Virus record (IMG/VR): IMGVR_UViG_3300016484_000310
Coordinates: 1 to 64,000 of that record
Reading direction: 5' to 3' (one strand)
DNA: 64,000 nt
Source: a virus
In this document: piece after piece, positions 51,575 to 61,745 of the stretch
How positions within the stretch are numbered: the first letter of the stretch is position 1
Layout: the number at the start of each line of letters is the position of its first letter
Made by a program: the position numbers and the translations under genes
The notes under the pieces: generated by a model
The model's database searches: none
What the model saw: only the letters and a program-made list of their open reading frames with translations
Told to the model about the DNA's origin: nothing

Positions 51575-53590
51575 TTAGCCTCTAACATCTCTGAGGAGAA
51601 GTTCTTTTTCATTCGGTGTCAGAGTTGAATCGGTTCTGATGGTCTCTTCCAGTTGAGCCATGGCCCGATAGAACTCAGCCGAGTTTGGATCCAGCCCCTG
51701 AAGACGTGAAGCCATACCTGTTTTTGAGATGTAATCTCTCAGGTTTTGCTCACGTTCTTGGGGAGTCATACCCTTGAGAATCGTGTCTCTCAGGTTGTTG
51801 ATCTCAGCTTCGGCAGCAGCCCTTTCTGACGAACCAACAGGAAGCTTTGCAGCTCTGGTTCGTGCAGTTGAGAGTTGCAGCTCAGCCGCAGCTCTTTCTG
51901 CTTCACGAGCTGAGGTTTGAGCCAGTGAATCATTGTAAGCAGCACGAGCCTGCTCACCAAAGTTCCGCTCTGCCAGACTCATGATCGTGGCATACATGTC
52001 CGTATCAGGAGCAGCTTGCAGCATGTCATTGAACTGGCCAAAGTTTCCTTGGGCAGTCTGAGACATGACAGTAGCTATCTCACCCACAGAGACACCTGCA
52101 TCATCAGCCATCTGAGTAAGGCGTCTGGTGACGTAATCTGCATCCAGACCTGAACCTTCAGGCACTTGGAATTCAGACAGAACAGCCTGACCAACATTGT
52201 CAGCAGCATCATATGCAGCCGCTTGTTGGAAAGGTCTCAGAGTCGGATCATTTGCAGCCGTCTGAGCATCTGTGCTTCTGCTACGAGCCAGAGCATCATT
52301 GACCTGAGTATCAGGACTGATCGACGGAGCAATGACACCAGCAAACTGACCAAGGTTCTGACCAGCAGCAGCCAGTTGATTTCCATAGCTGAGACCGGGA
52401 GTAGAGAGCAGATCTCTCTGAACAGCAGCCTCAGTGAGGTTGTTGGGATCCAGCAGAGCAGCAGTAGTGGCTTGAGCAGCAAGCTCAGCCTGACGACGTG
52501 CTTCAGCAGTGTCGATACGATCCTGACCAGCTTTCTGTTGTCCCAGCACATTGTTGAACAATGCCATGGCTTCATCAGGAGTCATATGTGTTGAGGCTGC
52601 CAGAGCAGTTGTGAAGTCAGTCATACCCGGCCCAGCAGCAGGGTTTGAAGTGATCTGACCCGGAATGTATCCCGGAACAGCACCAGAAGCCAAAGCTCTG
52701 ACTCCATCAGGATTTCCAAACACATGATTCCCAATGGTAGTCCATTGACCACCAGAAGGATTCTGTCCTTGTCCCCATGCAGGAGTAGCCACAGCAGGGT
52801 TGTAGTAGTGAGTCGCACCACCTGTCGGGTCTTGGTAGTTCCCAGACAGAATGGCATCAGCAACCCTGTAGGCATCCTCACTGACACGGATATTGCCCAT
52901 GTCAATGGCACCTTCACCACCAGCGTAACCAGTCACACCATTCCATGCTGAGAATTGGCCCGGTTGCATAATGACGCCAGAGATGGTGTTGCCACCATAG
53001 TTCCCCAGTTCAGCACGGTTTCTGATAACTGCACCAGCAGCCAGCATACCTTGCACGCCTTCTCCACCAGCCTCAGCTTGGAGAGTAGCAGCCAGCATTT
53101 CACGTTCATTGGGAGTAGCCCCAAATCCATATCTCTGTGCTTCTTGAAGAGCACCAACAAATGAGGGAGTCAGTGCTCTTTGCTCATCACGTCTTGCCAC
53201 ACCATCCAGATATTCAGCAGCAGTTCGACCCTCAGCAGCATTTGCCCGAGAGTTCGCATCAGCAGCATTTGCCGTAGACTGACGAGTGGCATTGTTCCCC
53301 AGAATAGTTGCTCTGGCTCCAAGAATGTTCTGACGCATCGTGTCAGAAATATTCATTGAAGACAGATCAGTAGTCCGAAGGAAGTTGGCCAGATCCTCTT
53401 CTGAAGACAGTCCAGCCAGTTGACCGATCAGAGCCTGATCACCTTTGGCTTGTTGCCCTTCATTGTATGAGTCGAGAATGCCCTTGGCACTCTCCATGCC
53501 AGAATTGAAGCTCTGATTGGCCCGAGCCAGCATCTCTGAAACAGAGGAGAAGTCTGGAGCCTTGACCTGTTCAATCGTCAGACGTGCCAT
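51575..53590 (-). CDS. virion protein with SleB-type cell-wall hydrolase domain
   Basis: SD GAGGAGA. Residues ~160-285 read EREMLAATLQAEAGGEG...VIRNR...QPGQFSAWN...GATHYYNP (Hydrolase_2/SleB pattern). Confidence 0.7.
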   Translation of the reverse strand: MARLTIEQVKAPDFSSVSEMLARANQSFNSGMESAKGILDSYNEGQQAKGDQALIGQLAGLSSEEDLANFLRTTDLSSMNISDTMRQNILGARATILGNNATRQSTANAADANSRANAAEGRTAAEYLDGVARRDEQRALTPSFVGALQEAQRYGFGATPNEREMLAATLQAEAGGEGVQGMLAAGAVIRNRAELGNYGGNTISGVIMQPGQFSAWNGVTGYAGGEGAIDMGNIRVSEDAYRVADAILSGNYQDPTGGATHYYNPAVATPAWGQGQNPSGGQWTTIGNHVFGNPDGVRALASGAVPGYIPGQITSNPAAGPGMTDFTTALAASTHMTPDEAMALFNNVLGQQKAGQDRIDTAEARRQAELAAQATTAALLDPNNLTEAAVQRDLLSTPGLSYGNQLAAAGQNLGQFAGVIAPSISPDTQVNDALARSRSTDAQTAANDPTLRPFQQAAAYDAADNVGQAVLSEFQVPEGSGLDADYVTRRLTQMADDAGVSVGEIATVMSQTAQGNFGQFNDMLQAAPDTDMYATIMSLAERNFGEQARAAYNDSLAQTSAREAERAAAELQLSTARTRAAKLPVGSSERAAAEAEINNLRDTILKGMTPQEREQNLRDYISKTGMASRLQGLDPNSAEFYRAMAQLEETIRTDSTLTPNEKELLLRDVRG

Positions 53591-53603
53591 GGGTCAGTTC
53601 TCC

Positions 53604-54062
53604 TCAGAGGCTGTGGTCTTTGATATAGGCATCTGCCTCAGCTTGTGATCGACCTTCGTTCACATAACGAGCGTTGATCCGATCTTCGAGAGCTGTGTTG
53701 TAGCTCTTTTCTTGGTTCGCCAAGTTGGTGTTGAAAGCATCTTTCTGGAATTGGAAAGACTGCTTTGCCAGCTTGTTCTGTTGGAAGCTGTTCCACAGTG
53801 AACCAAGGGTCTGAATTGCTCCCAGAGCAAACTGACCAATACCACCCTGAGCGAAGAAGCCCGGAGTTGTAGGAGCAGCAGCTCCACCAGCAGCAGGAGG
53901 AGTCACAGTCGGAGCAGGAGCACCAGTCACCGGAGACGGAGGTGTAATACCAACTGTAGACGGAGAGGATCCAACCGATGCAATGGCAGCACCGGGATCC
54001 ACAGTGGGCATACCCATCGACAGGTTTGATGGATCTGTTGAGAAGATGTCTGTGTAGCTCAT
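53604..54062 (-). CDS. small structural protein (N4 16.5-kDa-protein position)
   Basis: 152 aa. SD AAGAGG. Pro/Ala/Gly-rich N-terminal half. Called from synteny only. Confidence 0.5.
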   Translation of the reverse strand: MSYTDIFSTDPSNLSMGMPTVDPGAAIASVGSSPSTVGITPPSPVTGAPAPTVTPPAAGGAAAPTTPGFFAQGGIGQFALGAIQTLGSLWNSFQQNKLAKQSFQFQKDAFNTNLANQEKSYNTALEDRINARYVNEGRSQAEADAYIKDHSL

Positions 54063-54071
54063 GGAAGCCTC

Positions 54072-56774
54072 TTAGGTTTTGGGAAGGGTCAGACTCAGAT
54101 CAGAAAAGTCATTGATCATGGAGAGGGTCATTTCCACAATGTCAGACCCAGTGAGAGTCGTTCTCTGGATGAAGTCGTCGAGACTTTCTGGAAGGTAACT
54201 TCCAGTCCCAGACCCATTGCCTGTTGCATCTGTAAGAGACATTGGGTTGAAAGCCAAGTCATTTCCCATCAGGTCAGCCAACAGGTCTTGAATACGATCC
54301 ATCTCTTTTTCGTATTCAGACTTCATTTCAACCATCTGAGCATTGATCTCAGCAATCGAGCCTTGAACAAACCCATTGTAACCATTGGCCAGAGCTGAAC
54401 TCAGAGCTAGAAGGTTGTTGGGTTGGAACAAAGTTGCCAGATTGTTGAACCCACCAGCCATACCAAAGCTGATGGCAAAGCTCAGCAGTGAACCAATGAG
54501 AGCACCCCACTTCTCTCCAAAGATGGCTGTAGAGGCAGTTGTCAGAGCCGTAGAAATGAGGACAGCAGCAATCGCATTGGCAACTGCACCAGCAACAACA
54601 GCACCTGTCCCTGTGAGGCCCAGAGCGCCTCCTACAGCAGCATTGGTTCCAAAGATGCCCGAGATACCTCCCACAGCAGTAGGAGCAATCAGAGCAGCAG
54701 CCACAACCACCACAATGATGATGAAGAGCATTCCAAGGAATGTCTCATACCACTTCTTTTTGAAGATCTGATACGAGTTGAAGACGATGTAGGTGTTGGC
54801 TGTAGCCATCTGAGTAGAACTCACCAACCCAGCTTCTTTCAAACTAGGGTAGTGGAGAGGAATCAGGAATCCTGACTCATCAGTATCATCCAGAGCTTCT
54901 GAACCAGTGATGGTGACAGCTTTCCCACCATAGATGAAGTTTTGGTGGACAGCTCCATAGACCCGAAGTCTGCGATACTGGTTCGTTCCATTCTGCCAAT
55001 AGATGTAGAACAGACTCATCGAGTTGGTCTCAGTGTATCTGTTGTAGATCATGTCAGAGTCCATGACTCCTTTGGTCACTGTCCAAGTGACTGGAGTTCC
55101 TTTCTCCAACCAGAAATCTCCTTTCTTGGCTCCGACTTTTCCCACACCTGTGAAGGTAGTCTCATCAATGAATGAGAAGGAAATACGGTTATCAAAGTCT
55201 TGGAGTTGAGGATGATCTGTCTTGAAAACCAGAGTCGTTGTTTTGGGTGCTCCCAATGAAGGAGTGATAGGACGAGGCGTCCCATACAGAGGAGATGCAG
55301 GATTGCTCTGAGCAGCTACCCAGTTGTTCAGTGTGATCACTGCACTTGCATAGGCAGAAGTCGAAGTCATGAACGTGTCCATGTAATTCGACGGCAGCCC
55401 ATGGATGGGAATCAGGTTCTTCCAGAACGTATAGAGATACTTCTTGGCATCATTGTCTTTGGTGTTGAGAGTGATCGCCCATTGAACATAGGCGTAGTCA
55501 ATCTCACTCAGGTCAGGGTTATCCTCTACCTGATCCACCAGTTCTGAAAGCTTCTGTCTCTTGGTTGCCTTCTTGTAGAGCTTCTGGCTCTTTGCATATA
55601 GGTCAGCATACCCCGGTGCTGTGATTGAAGTATTGTTCAATCTCAGAGGCACAATCGGGAAGAATTCAGCAACCACTGCTGAACCAACAGAGACATTGAG
55701 AGCATCAAGTGTCGAATTGCCTGTCCCAATCTTGTAGATAAACAGTCTTCCACCTCCTTGAGGTGACTCAAGCTTTGTCTCTTGAGTATCGAGCTGCCAG
55801 TCATAGACCGTTCTCAGGAAATCTCCTGTGATCGTAGTAGTGACAGTTTCAGTCACTCCACCACCAAGGTCATTGTAGACCGTGGTTACAGAAATAGAGG
55901 TGTAAACTTCTCTGTATTCCCAGACTCTTCTGAATGTCTTGATCTCAGAAGTAGACGAGCTGACCCCATCTCCACCAGCATACGCAATCTTTTCATGGAT
56001 CGTGTAGACTGTGTTGAAGTTCGTTTCGATATGGGGGTAGTCAGTTGTTGTGACTGTAGGATCCCCATTTGAGTAAGTTTTGACGATGGTCCTTGTCTGG
56101 TCTTGGACATAAGTCTCCATCCCTGTGTTCGTTGTCGAAGTCAGGATAAAACCAGAAGTGGAAGGAAGACCCGAGGTCACACCTTCTGTCTTGGTTCCGG
56201 GAACCAAAGGAAGAACCTCTTCAGGAAGAGTCAGGTAGTAGTTTGCCACGACGTATCTTCCCTGTGGGTCATAGGCCCCAGCAGAGAATGTCACAGTTCC
56301 ACCACCTTCTCTTTGGATGGTGATCGTATGGTCTGTGGAGTTGTATTCAGCAACCCAGTCAGTCCCAACCTCATTGAGGTAGTTCTTCTGCATGTAATCC
56401 AGAGCGAAGACTTCGTAGTCTCCATCTGCAAGACTTGCATCCTGAATGGTCACTTCCATTCCAGCAGGGCTGGAAGGCACAGTGATGAAAGGTCTTACAA
56501 CCTCTGGATCAACGACCAAAGCTTTGGAAATCGAGTAAGTTGGAAGTCCGGGGTAGTCATTTCTGACTGCATAGTTGAACAGAGATCTTTGGTTCATACC
56601 CGGTCCACCCAGATATGACTGAACCAGCGTCTCACCAATGAAGGGAGCCGATGGATTGATCACAGCACCAAAGACTGTGGACTTCAAAAAGTTTGGTCGA
56701 TTCGCCTCATCCCCTGCCATGTTGTAGACAGTGGATGAGACGACGATTGTCTTCTTAGGGCTGAAGAGTCCCAT
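54072..56774 (-). CDS. large virion structural protein (900 aa) with a C-terminal cluster of TM helices
   Basis: SD AGGAGA. Hydrophobic run LGMLFIIIVVVVAAALIAP...AVVAGAVANAIAAVLISTAL...LIGSLLSFAISFGMAGG. Confidence 0.6.
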   Translation of the reverse strand: MGLFSPKKTIVVSSTVYNMAGDEANRPNFLKSTVFGAVINPSAPFIGETLVQSYLGGPGMNQRSLFNYAVRNDYPGLPTYSISKALVVDPEVVRPFITVPSSPAGMEVTIQDASLADGDYEVFALDYMQKNYLNEVGTDWVAEYNSTDHTITIQREGGGTVTFSAGAYDPQGRYVVANYYLTLPEEVLPLVPGTKTEGVTSGLPSTSGFILTSTTNTGMETYVQDQTRTIVKTYSNGDPTVTTTDYPHIETNFNTVYTIHEKIAYAGGDGVSSSTSEIKTFRRVWEYREVYTSISVTTVYNDLGGGVTETVTTTITGDFLRTVYDWQLDTQETKLESPQGGGRLFIYKIGTGNSTLDALNVSVGSAVVAEFFPIVPLRLNNTSITAPGYADLYAKSQKLYKKATKRQKLSELVDQVEDNPDLSEIDYAYVQWAITLNTKDNDAKKYLYTFWKNLIPIHGLPSNYMDTFMTSTSAYASAVITLNNWVAAQSNPASPLYGTPRPITPSLGAPKTTTLVFKTDHPQLQDFDNRISFSFIDETTFTGVGKVGAKKGDFWLEKGTPVTWTVTKGVMDSDMIYNRYTETNSMSLFYIYWQNGTNQYRRLRVYGAVHQNFIYGGKAVTITGSEALDDTDESGFLIPLHYPSLKEAGLVSSTQMATANTYIVFNSYQIFKKKWYETFLGMLFIIIVVVVAAALIAPTAVGGISGIFGTNAAVGGALGLTGTGAVVAGAVANAIAAVLISTALTTASTAIFGEKWGALIGSLLSFAISFGMAGGFNNLATLFQPNNLLALSSALANGYNGFVQGSIAEINAQMVEMKSEYEKEMDRIQDLLADLMGNDLAFNPMSLTDATGNGSGTGSYLPESLDDFIQRTTLTGSDIVEMTLSMINDFSDLSLTLPKT

Positions 56775-56786
56775 GTGACTCTCCTA

Positions 56787-58109
56787 TCAGAGACCGTTGG
56801 CAGCTCTGTTTGCAGCCAGAACAGTTCCAGCATTCGACGTGGTGAGTTCTGTCGGAGGAGACAGACCCTCATCCAGCGTCTTCTGGGTGATCCAGTTGTC
56901 CAGATACATCTTGGCCGTCTTGTATTTGGCGTCCTTGATGAAGCTGTCGATCTGTTGAGTGTAGAGATCCTTCTGTTTCCCAACAGAACCAACCACAGTC
57001 TGACCATCGGTCCGAGTGTTGAGGGTCTTGGATCTTTCAGCCTCACGTTGCTCTTTGACCAGATCGAGCTGGACAGGAAGAACGTAATCAATGTTGAATT
57101 GCTTGGTAGCAATGTCAGCAGTGATCGAGTCTTTCTGTTTGCCCATGAGACCAGTAATGGCTGTCAGACCATCTGTTCTGGTATTCATGGTTTGAGCACG
57201 CTGAGACTCCCACTGCTCTTTGATCAGACCAGTCTGAGCAGGCATCTGGAAATTGAGCTTGTGTTGCTCTTGACCCAGTTGAACAGGCAACAGGCTGTCT
57301 CTTTGGAATTCGTCGATGTCTGTCTTCAGAGGCAGAGTGACATCCAGATTGTATTGAGCAGCAGCTTTTTCCAGAGGTTGAAGCTCTCTGTTAATGAATT
57401 CCTTCATACTCGCTTCAGCAGGGAGAATTCGTGTAGACTGGACCTTGTTAATTGCCACAGACGAAGGAAGTACTTGAGTACGTTGATACTGTTGAATTGC
57501 CAATTCAGCAGGAAGAAGATGAGCCACTCGAAATACTTCACCATCAGTTTGAGCTTGAAGAAGAAAATGCTTTTGATTCTCTGTAGCGAGTTGAAGCTTG
57601 GTCAAGGCATACTGAGCACCTGAATTCTTCATCTCAAAAATTGCTTTTTGAGTCATCACTTTGGCTTCTTCCAGCTCAATCAGAGCCTTGGTAGCCTGAA
57701 TCTCTGCAACACGAGCCTGCATCTGAGCTGTAATTGCAGCCCAGTGAGCTTGGTCTTTGGCCAGAAGGAATTGGACAGATGAACCAAGAACACCAGTCAT
57801 CACCTCAGTGTAGACTTTGGCGTATTGGTCTCCAGTGATTCTGTTGCCTTTGAACTCACGCTGGATATGGAGATCCATGGCAGCCATGAGTTTGTCAAAG
57901 ACGCCTTCACCATCGAGATCGACTTCTGTCAGATCTTCGATGGCAATTTCACTGGCGTCTTTGTAGAGATCAGAGCTTGTGTCAGGATCAAAGGTAAACT
58001 TTGGATCCGTGAAATCGACAGTAGGAGCGACCGGAGCATCTGAGATCAGGGAATCAAACAGTTGTTGAGCGAGATCATCAACCATCTGTTCATCGGTGTA
58101 AGTGGTCAT
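56787..58109 (-). CDS. structural protein (440 aa), coiled-coil rich
   Basis: SD AAGGGA. Repetitive Q/L-rich segments. Located in the late operon. Confidence 0.55.
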   Translation of the reverse strand: MTTYTDEQMVDDLAQQLFDSLISDAPVAPTVDFTDPKFTFDPDTSSDLYKDASEIAIEDLTEVDLDGEGVFDKLMAAMDLHIQREFKGNRITGDQYAKVYTEVMTGVLGSSVQFLLAKDQAHWAAITAQMQARVAEIQATKALIELEEAKVMTQKAIFEMKNSGAQYALTKLQLATENQKHFLLQAQTDGEVFRVAHLLPAELAIQQYQRTQVLPSSVAINKVQSTRILPAEASMKEFINRELQPLEKAAAQYNLDVTLPLKTDIDEFQRDSLLPVQLGQEQHKLNFQMPAQTGLIKEQWESQRAQTMNTRTDGLTAITGLMGKQKDSITADIATKQFNIDYVLPVQLDLVKEQREAERSKTLNTRTDGQTVVGSVGKQKDLYTQQIDSFIKDAKYKTAKMYLDNWITQKTLDEGLSPPTELTTSNAGTVLAANRAANGL

Positions 58110-58155
58110 CTGATGCTTCCCTTTTTCAAAGCTACTCCGGTCTCCTTACCAGAAA

Positions 58156-58872
58156 TCAGCCAGTCGTGTCGATAGACTGAGCTGCACGTTGGTGAGATGC
58201 AAGTTCTTTCAGTTCTTGCATTGTCAGAGGAGGCAAAATCTCCACTGCAAACTTGTTCACCATGACGGTCTTGTAGGTCTTCACACCAAACCGTCCACCC
58301 TTCACTTCCTTCCGAAGCGGGAACTTCCACTGCTTCAGATGCTCATAGAGCATCCAAGGGATGTGGTATCCGTTTTCGCTCTCTTCACCGAAAGGAACAT
58401 ACTTGGCAACTTTGCCAGTGTATTTGTTCTGAAGAGAGATGATCGCACCAGTCAGCGAAGCATCATTCGGATCCAAATTCTGAATCTTCACTCGAACCAG
58501 ACGAAGAGCCTGAGCACGAATTGCTTGCCGACGAAGGTTCACATCTTCGATGGTCGAAGGATCCACATTCAGAAGATCGACCTTTGGCTTTGCAGCCTTC
58601 ACAGGTCGGTTCACTTGGATTGGTTCTTCTTCTTCGTCATCAGAGCCACTCAGATCAGGTTCATCGAACTGAGATTGGCTTTGGGGACTGGACATCAGAA
58701 ACTTGTTCAGATGAGCCACTAGCTTGCCACGAAGAGTGTCAATGCCAGTATTTCCTGAGAAGGGAACCTGCATATCCTTTGCAAGCTTGCGAAGAGGTTC
58801 GATTGAGGTTGCTGTCTGAACAGCGTCGATGACTTCTGAGGCCGTCATCTGGGCCATGTTGATGTCGTTCAT
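58156..58872 (-). CDS. structural protein (238 aa)
   Basis: SD AGGAAA. Located in the late operon, downstream of the capsid gene. Confidence 0.55.
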   Translation of the reverse strand: MNDINMAQMTASEVIDAVQTATSIEPLRKLAKDMQVPFSGNTGIDTLRGKLVAHLNKFLMSSPQSQSQFDEPDLSGSDDEEEEPIQVNRPVKAAKPKVDLLNVDPSTIEDVNLRRQAIRAQALRLVRVKIQNLDPNDASLTGAIISLQNKYTGKVAKYVPFGEESENGYHIPWMLYEHLKQWKFPLRKEVKGGRFGVKTYKTVMVNKFAVEILPPLTMQELKELASHQRAAQSIDTTG

Positions 58873-58910
58873 GGTGCTTTTCCTGTTGTTGTTGTGTGAG
58901 AGTCCCCTCT

Positions 58911-58943
58911 CAATAAATTGGGGGGAACCTTTCGGTCCCCCCC
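58911..58943 (-). terminator. terminator/attenuator after the capsid gene
   Basis: On the - strand: GGGGGGGACC-GAAA-GGTTCCCCCC (one mismatch), followed by AATTTATT. Confidence 0.6.
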
Positions 58944-58968
58944 AACTTCAGTCCCTAGATCGTTCAGA

Positions 58969-60423
58969 TCACTCAGGAGCAACCGTGTAGCCCAGTGCAA
59001 TCCGCTCAGGACGGAGAGCAATGAAGCCATACCAGAAGCTGATCGAGCTGAAGCCGATCTTGCCGTAGGGGTCTTGAACAGTAGCCATCTCTTCGCCGGG
59101 CTTCTTGACGATGATCTTGAACTTCTGCTTCGAGTCCTTCTTGCCAGACGACTGGAGACCCACAGTAGCGAAGGACTCCGAGCCAACCACGAGAACCGGG
59201 AACACGTCGTATTTCCCAGCAGTTTCGCGGTAGCCGAGGTTGGCAGAAGTTGCCGTAGCCCCAGCACCAGCCCAGTGCATCATGTTCGGCACGACCACGA
59301 TACGGAAGTCACCCACCGAACCGATTTCGCCATTCATGATGGTCGTCGCATCAGCATACTGACGGACTGGCGTGAACGCAGCGACAGTGAGTGACCCGAT
59401 GGTCTGAGTCATGTTCTCGAAAGTCGTTTGCAGTTCAGACCCGATATACATGATCCGAGCAGCGTTGATCGTCTTGGTATCGACCATAGTCGAACCCTTG
59501 ATGACCTTCGTGTTCTTCGGAGTCCGGTTGTCATCGAGCGTGATCGCCAGCTTCTTCAGATCTGCGTAGTTGATCACAGAAGGATCCGCACCCTGACCAG
59601 TGATCGTAGCAACCGAAGTTGCCGAACCAGAGAACAGGATAGTTCCAGCAGCCGACAGAAGGTCGATTTGCAGAAGGTCTTCAGTGATCTGGTTCGCACC
59701 AGTCAGCATCTCACGCGACATATGACCATACAGGTCAGAGTCGGTATCGAAGGTCAGCGAGTCTTCCGAGAATTCGGTGAAGAAACCGTATTCCGAAATC
59801 GTCCCAGAACGTTCGATACGAGTGAAGCCGACACGGTTCACACGACCACCAGTTTCCGACAGCTCAGGCATACGAGAGGTGATTGTCCCCACGTCCTTGC
59901 TCGAACCATACAGGTTCCCACCACGTTGCTCGACTTTGACCAGAGTCTCATCGGCACGCTTGGTAGCAGTTGCCAGAGCAGCAACCACAGCATTGGCTTC
60001 GGCCTGAGTGCCAGCAACCAGAGTGGTATCATTGATCGTCACCGTCCACGGAGAAGCAGAACCAGACTTGGTAGCAGCACCAGCTTGGATTGCGTTCACC
60101 GCAGCAGCCAGAGCAGTAGCCCCAGCTTCGACCACATACGAGTATGACCCTTTCAGAGTCACCATGAAGTCGAGGTTCGAAATCGCCACACCGTTGGCGT
60201 CGATACCTTGGTCGTTGACGTTGCGAGCATCCAGCAGCGGAACGTAGTAGTAGACCTTCAGTTCCTTGCCGTAGTTCGCAGGCATTGAACGAACATCAGC
60301 CAGAGGAGAGAAGAACATCTCCCAAGCTGCGTCGATCAGTGAACGGCGGTCCCAGTAGAACGTGTTGAACTGGTTGCCGATTGTGGACGGTGTGCCCGGA
60401 GGGGCGTTATACAGTTGAGCCAT
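58969..60423 (-). CDS. major capsid protein (N4 gp56 position)
   Basis: 484 aa. Strongly C/G-ending codons typical of a highly expressed gene. Followed by a terminator. Preceded by a scaffold-like gene. Confidence 0.65.
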   Translation of the reverse strand: MAQLYNAPPGTPSTIGNQFNTFYWDRRSLIDAAWEMFFSPLADVRSMPANYGKELKVYYYVPLLDARNVNDQGIDANGVAISNLDFMVTLKGSYSYVVEAGATALAAAVNAIQAGAATKSGSASPWTVTINDTTLVAGTQAEANAVVAALATATKRADETLVKVEQRGGNLYGSSKDVGTITSRMPELSETGGRVNRVGFTRIERSGTISEYGFFTEFSEDSLTFDTDSDLYGHMSREMLTGANQITEDLLQIDLLSAAGTILFSGSATSVATITGQGADPSVINYADLKKLAITLDDNRTPKNTKVIKGSTMVDTKTINAARIMYIGSELQTTFENMTQTIGSLTVAAFTPVRQYADATTIMNGEIGSVGDFRIVVVPNMMHWAGAGATATSANLGYRETAGKYDVFPVLVVGSESFATVGLQSSGKKDSKQKFKIIVKKPGEEMATVQDPYGKIGFSSISFWYGFIALRPERIALGYTVAPE

Positions 60424-60453
60424 CTTGTCTCATCCTTTTCAAACTTCTCTGGA

Positions 60454-61716
60454 TCAACTTGGCGGTTTGAGTTTGAGGAATTCCTCATCACTCATGGCCC
60501 AGTAATCCGGTTGACCTTGGTTGCTACTCCCACCACGAGGAGTTGCGGCACGAGGTTGCTGAGTCGAAGAGAGGTTTGGAGCGGGCGCAACAGGTGTCTG
60601 TGCTGCCTTCCGGGTGCCAGTGTCGAGGGGAACTTGAGTTCCGGGCTGCGATTGGACTTGAATCTTCGGTTTCGGCGTCAAGTTGGGACCAAACACACCA
60701 GCTTTTTGCATCGCTTCACCCACCTGATGGTAGGCTTGGACGAAGGGAACATCGGTCAAGAAACCCATTGTCCGCTGGTAGTCCAGTTCCTTCTTGATCT
60801 TCCCATATACTCCAGATCTTTTCTGATCAAGGAGATTCTGGAAAATAGCAGGTTGATCCCTCAGAGCTTCCTTTGAAACATCATCCCAACTTGAGTTGAT
60901 GTCTTTGATCAGGTCTGCACCACCTTCAGAAGCCATAGTTGTTTCGATGGCTTCTTTGAAAGCCAGCGTCTTGGCATCAATCTGGTGATTGGCAGGCTTG
61001 TAGGCAACTTCCTTGGACACGTCGATGTCGATTGGGTCAATCTTCTTGTCTTTCAGAAGCTTCTGAATGGCTTCAGGTTTCCCATTCATGACCTCAATCA
61101 TGAAGTTCAACTTGTCAGGGTTATCCAGACCCTGAGCCTTCAGCATTTCGTTCTGAGCACGAAGAGGTTTCATCTCGTGCATTCGACGAGAGTAGTTCAC
61201 TCCCATTTGCATGAGACGAATTGCATCTTCTGGTGATCGAACTTGGATCTCTTTCCCGTCAGCTTTGAAGGGAGCAGTCACCTGCTTGTAGAACTCCAGA
61301 GCAGCAGCTTGGATTACTGCTGGAGATTCTTCGGGTTTCTTCCCCTCCGGCTTCGGATCGTCAGCTTTGGCTTTGGATCCGGGAGCTGGTTGGGTTTCGG
61401 CCTTTGCAGGAGCTGGTTGTCCCTCTTGATTCGGTGCTGAGGAGCCTTGTTTGAACGGCTCTCCAGTTGCCGATTGCTCTTCTTGTCCGGCCTGAGACTC
61501 GGTGTTTTCACCTTCGTCTCCTGATTCTGAACCAGAAGGAGGAGCATCATCATTGCCATCAGATTGGTCTGAGTTGGCATTGGGATCGGCATTGTTGGAA
61601 TCATCTGAACCACCCTCTTGAGGAACGAAAGCCTGAAGCTGAGACGGATCCAGCTTCAGAAATTCTTCATCTGAGAGAGTGTCCAGATCAATAGGAGTCT
61701 GGGCATTGTCTGTCAT
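60454..61716 (-). CDS. scaffold-like acidic protein (N4 gp57 position)
   Basis: 420 aa. The N-terminal ~130 aa are acidic, low-complexity and Pro/Ala/Lys-rich. Immediately upstream of the capsid gene. Confidence 0.5.
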   Translation of the reverse strand: MTDNAQTPIDLDTLSDEEFLKLDPSQLQAFVPQEGGSDDSNNADPNANSDQSDGNDDAPPSGSESGDEGENTESQAGQEEQSATGEPFKQGSSAPNQEGQPAPAKAETQPAPGSKAKADDPKPEGKKPEESPAVIQAAALEFYKQVTAPFKADGKEIQVRSPEDAIRLMQMGVNYSRRMHEMKPLRAQNEMLKAQGLDNPDKLNFMIEVMNGKPEAIQKLLKDKKIDPIDIDVSKEVAYKPANHQIDAKTLAFKEAIETTMASEGGADLIKDINSSWDDVSKEALRDQPAIFQNLLDQKRSGVYGKIKKELDYQRTMGFLTDVPFVQAYHQVGEAMQKAGVFGPNLTPKPKIQVQSQPGTQVPLDTGTRKAAQTPVAPAPNLSSTQQPRAATPRGGSSNQGQPDYWAMSDEEFLKLKPPS

Positions 61717-61745
61717 GGTTTTGTCCTTTGAAGGGTGTGATCAGA

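Noticed and set aside
40751-51628. Many + strand ORFs (for example 41369..42349, 42461..43270, 44888..45670) opposite the vRNAP gene
   Set aside because: They are antisense to a 3597-aa ORF that carries clear polymerase motifs. Their translations are low-complexity and Ser/Leu/His-rich, and no SDs were seen. These are typical shadow ORFs.
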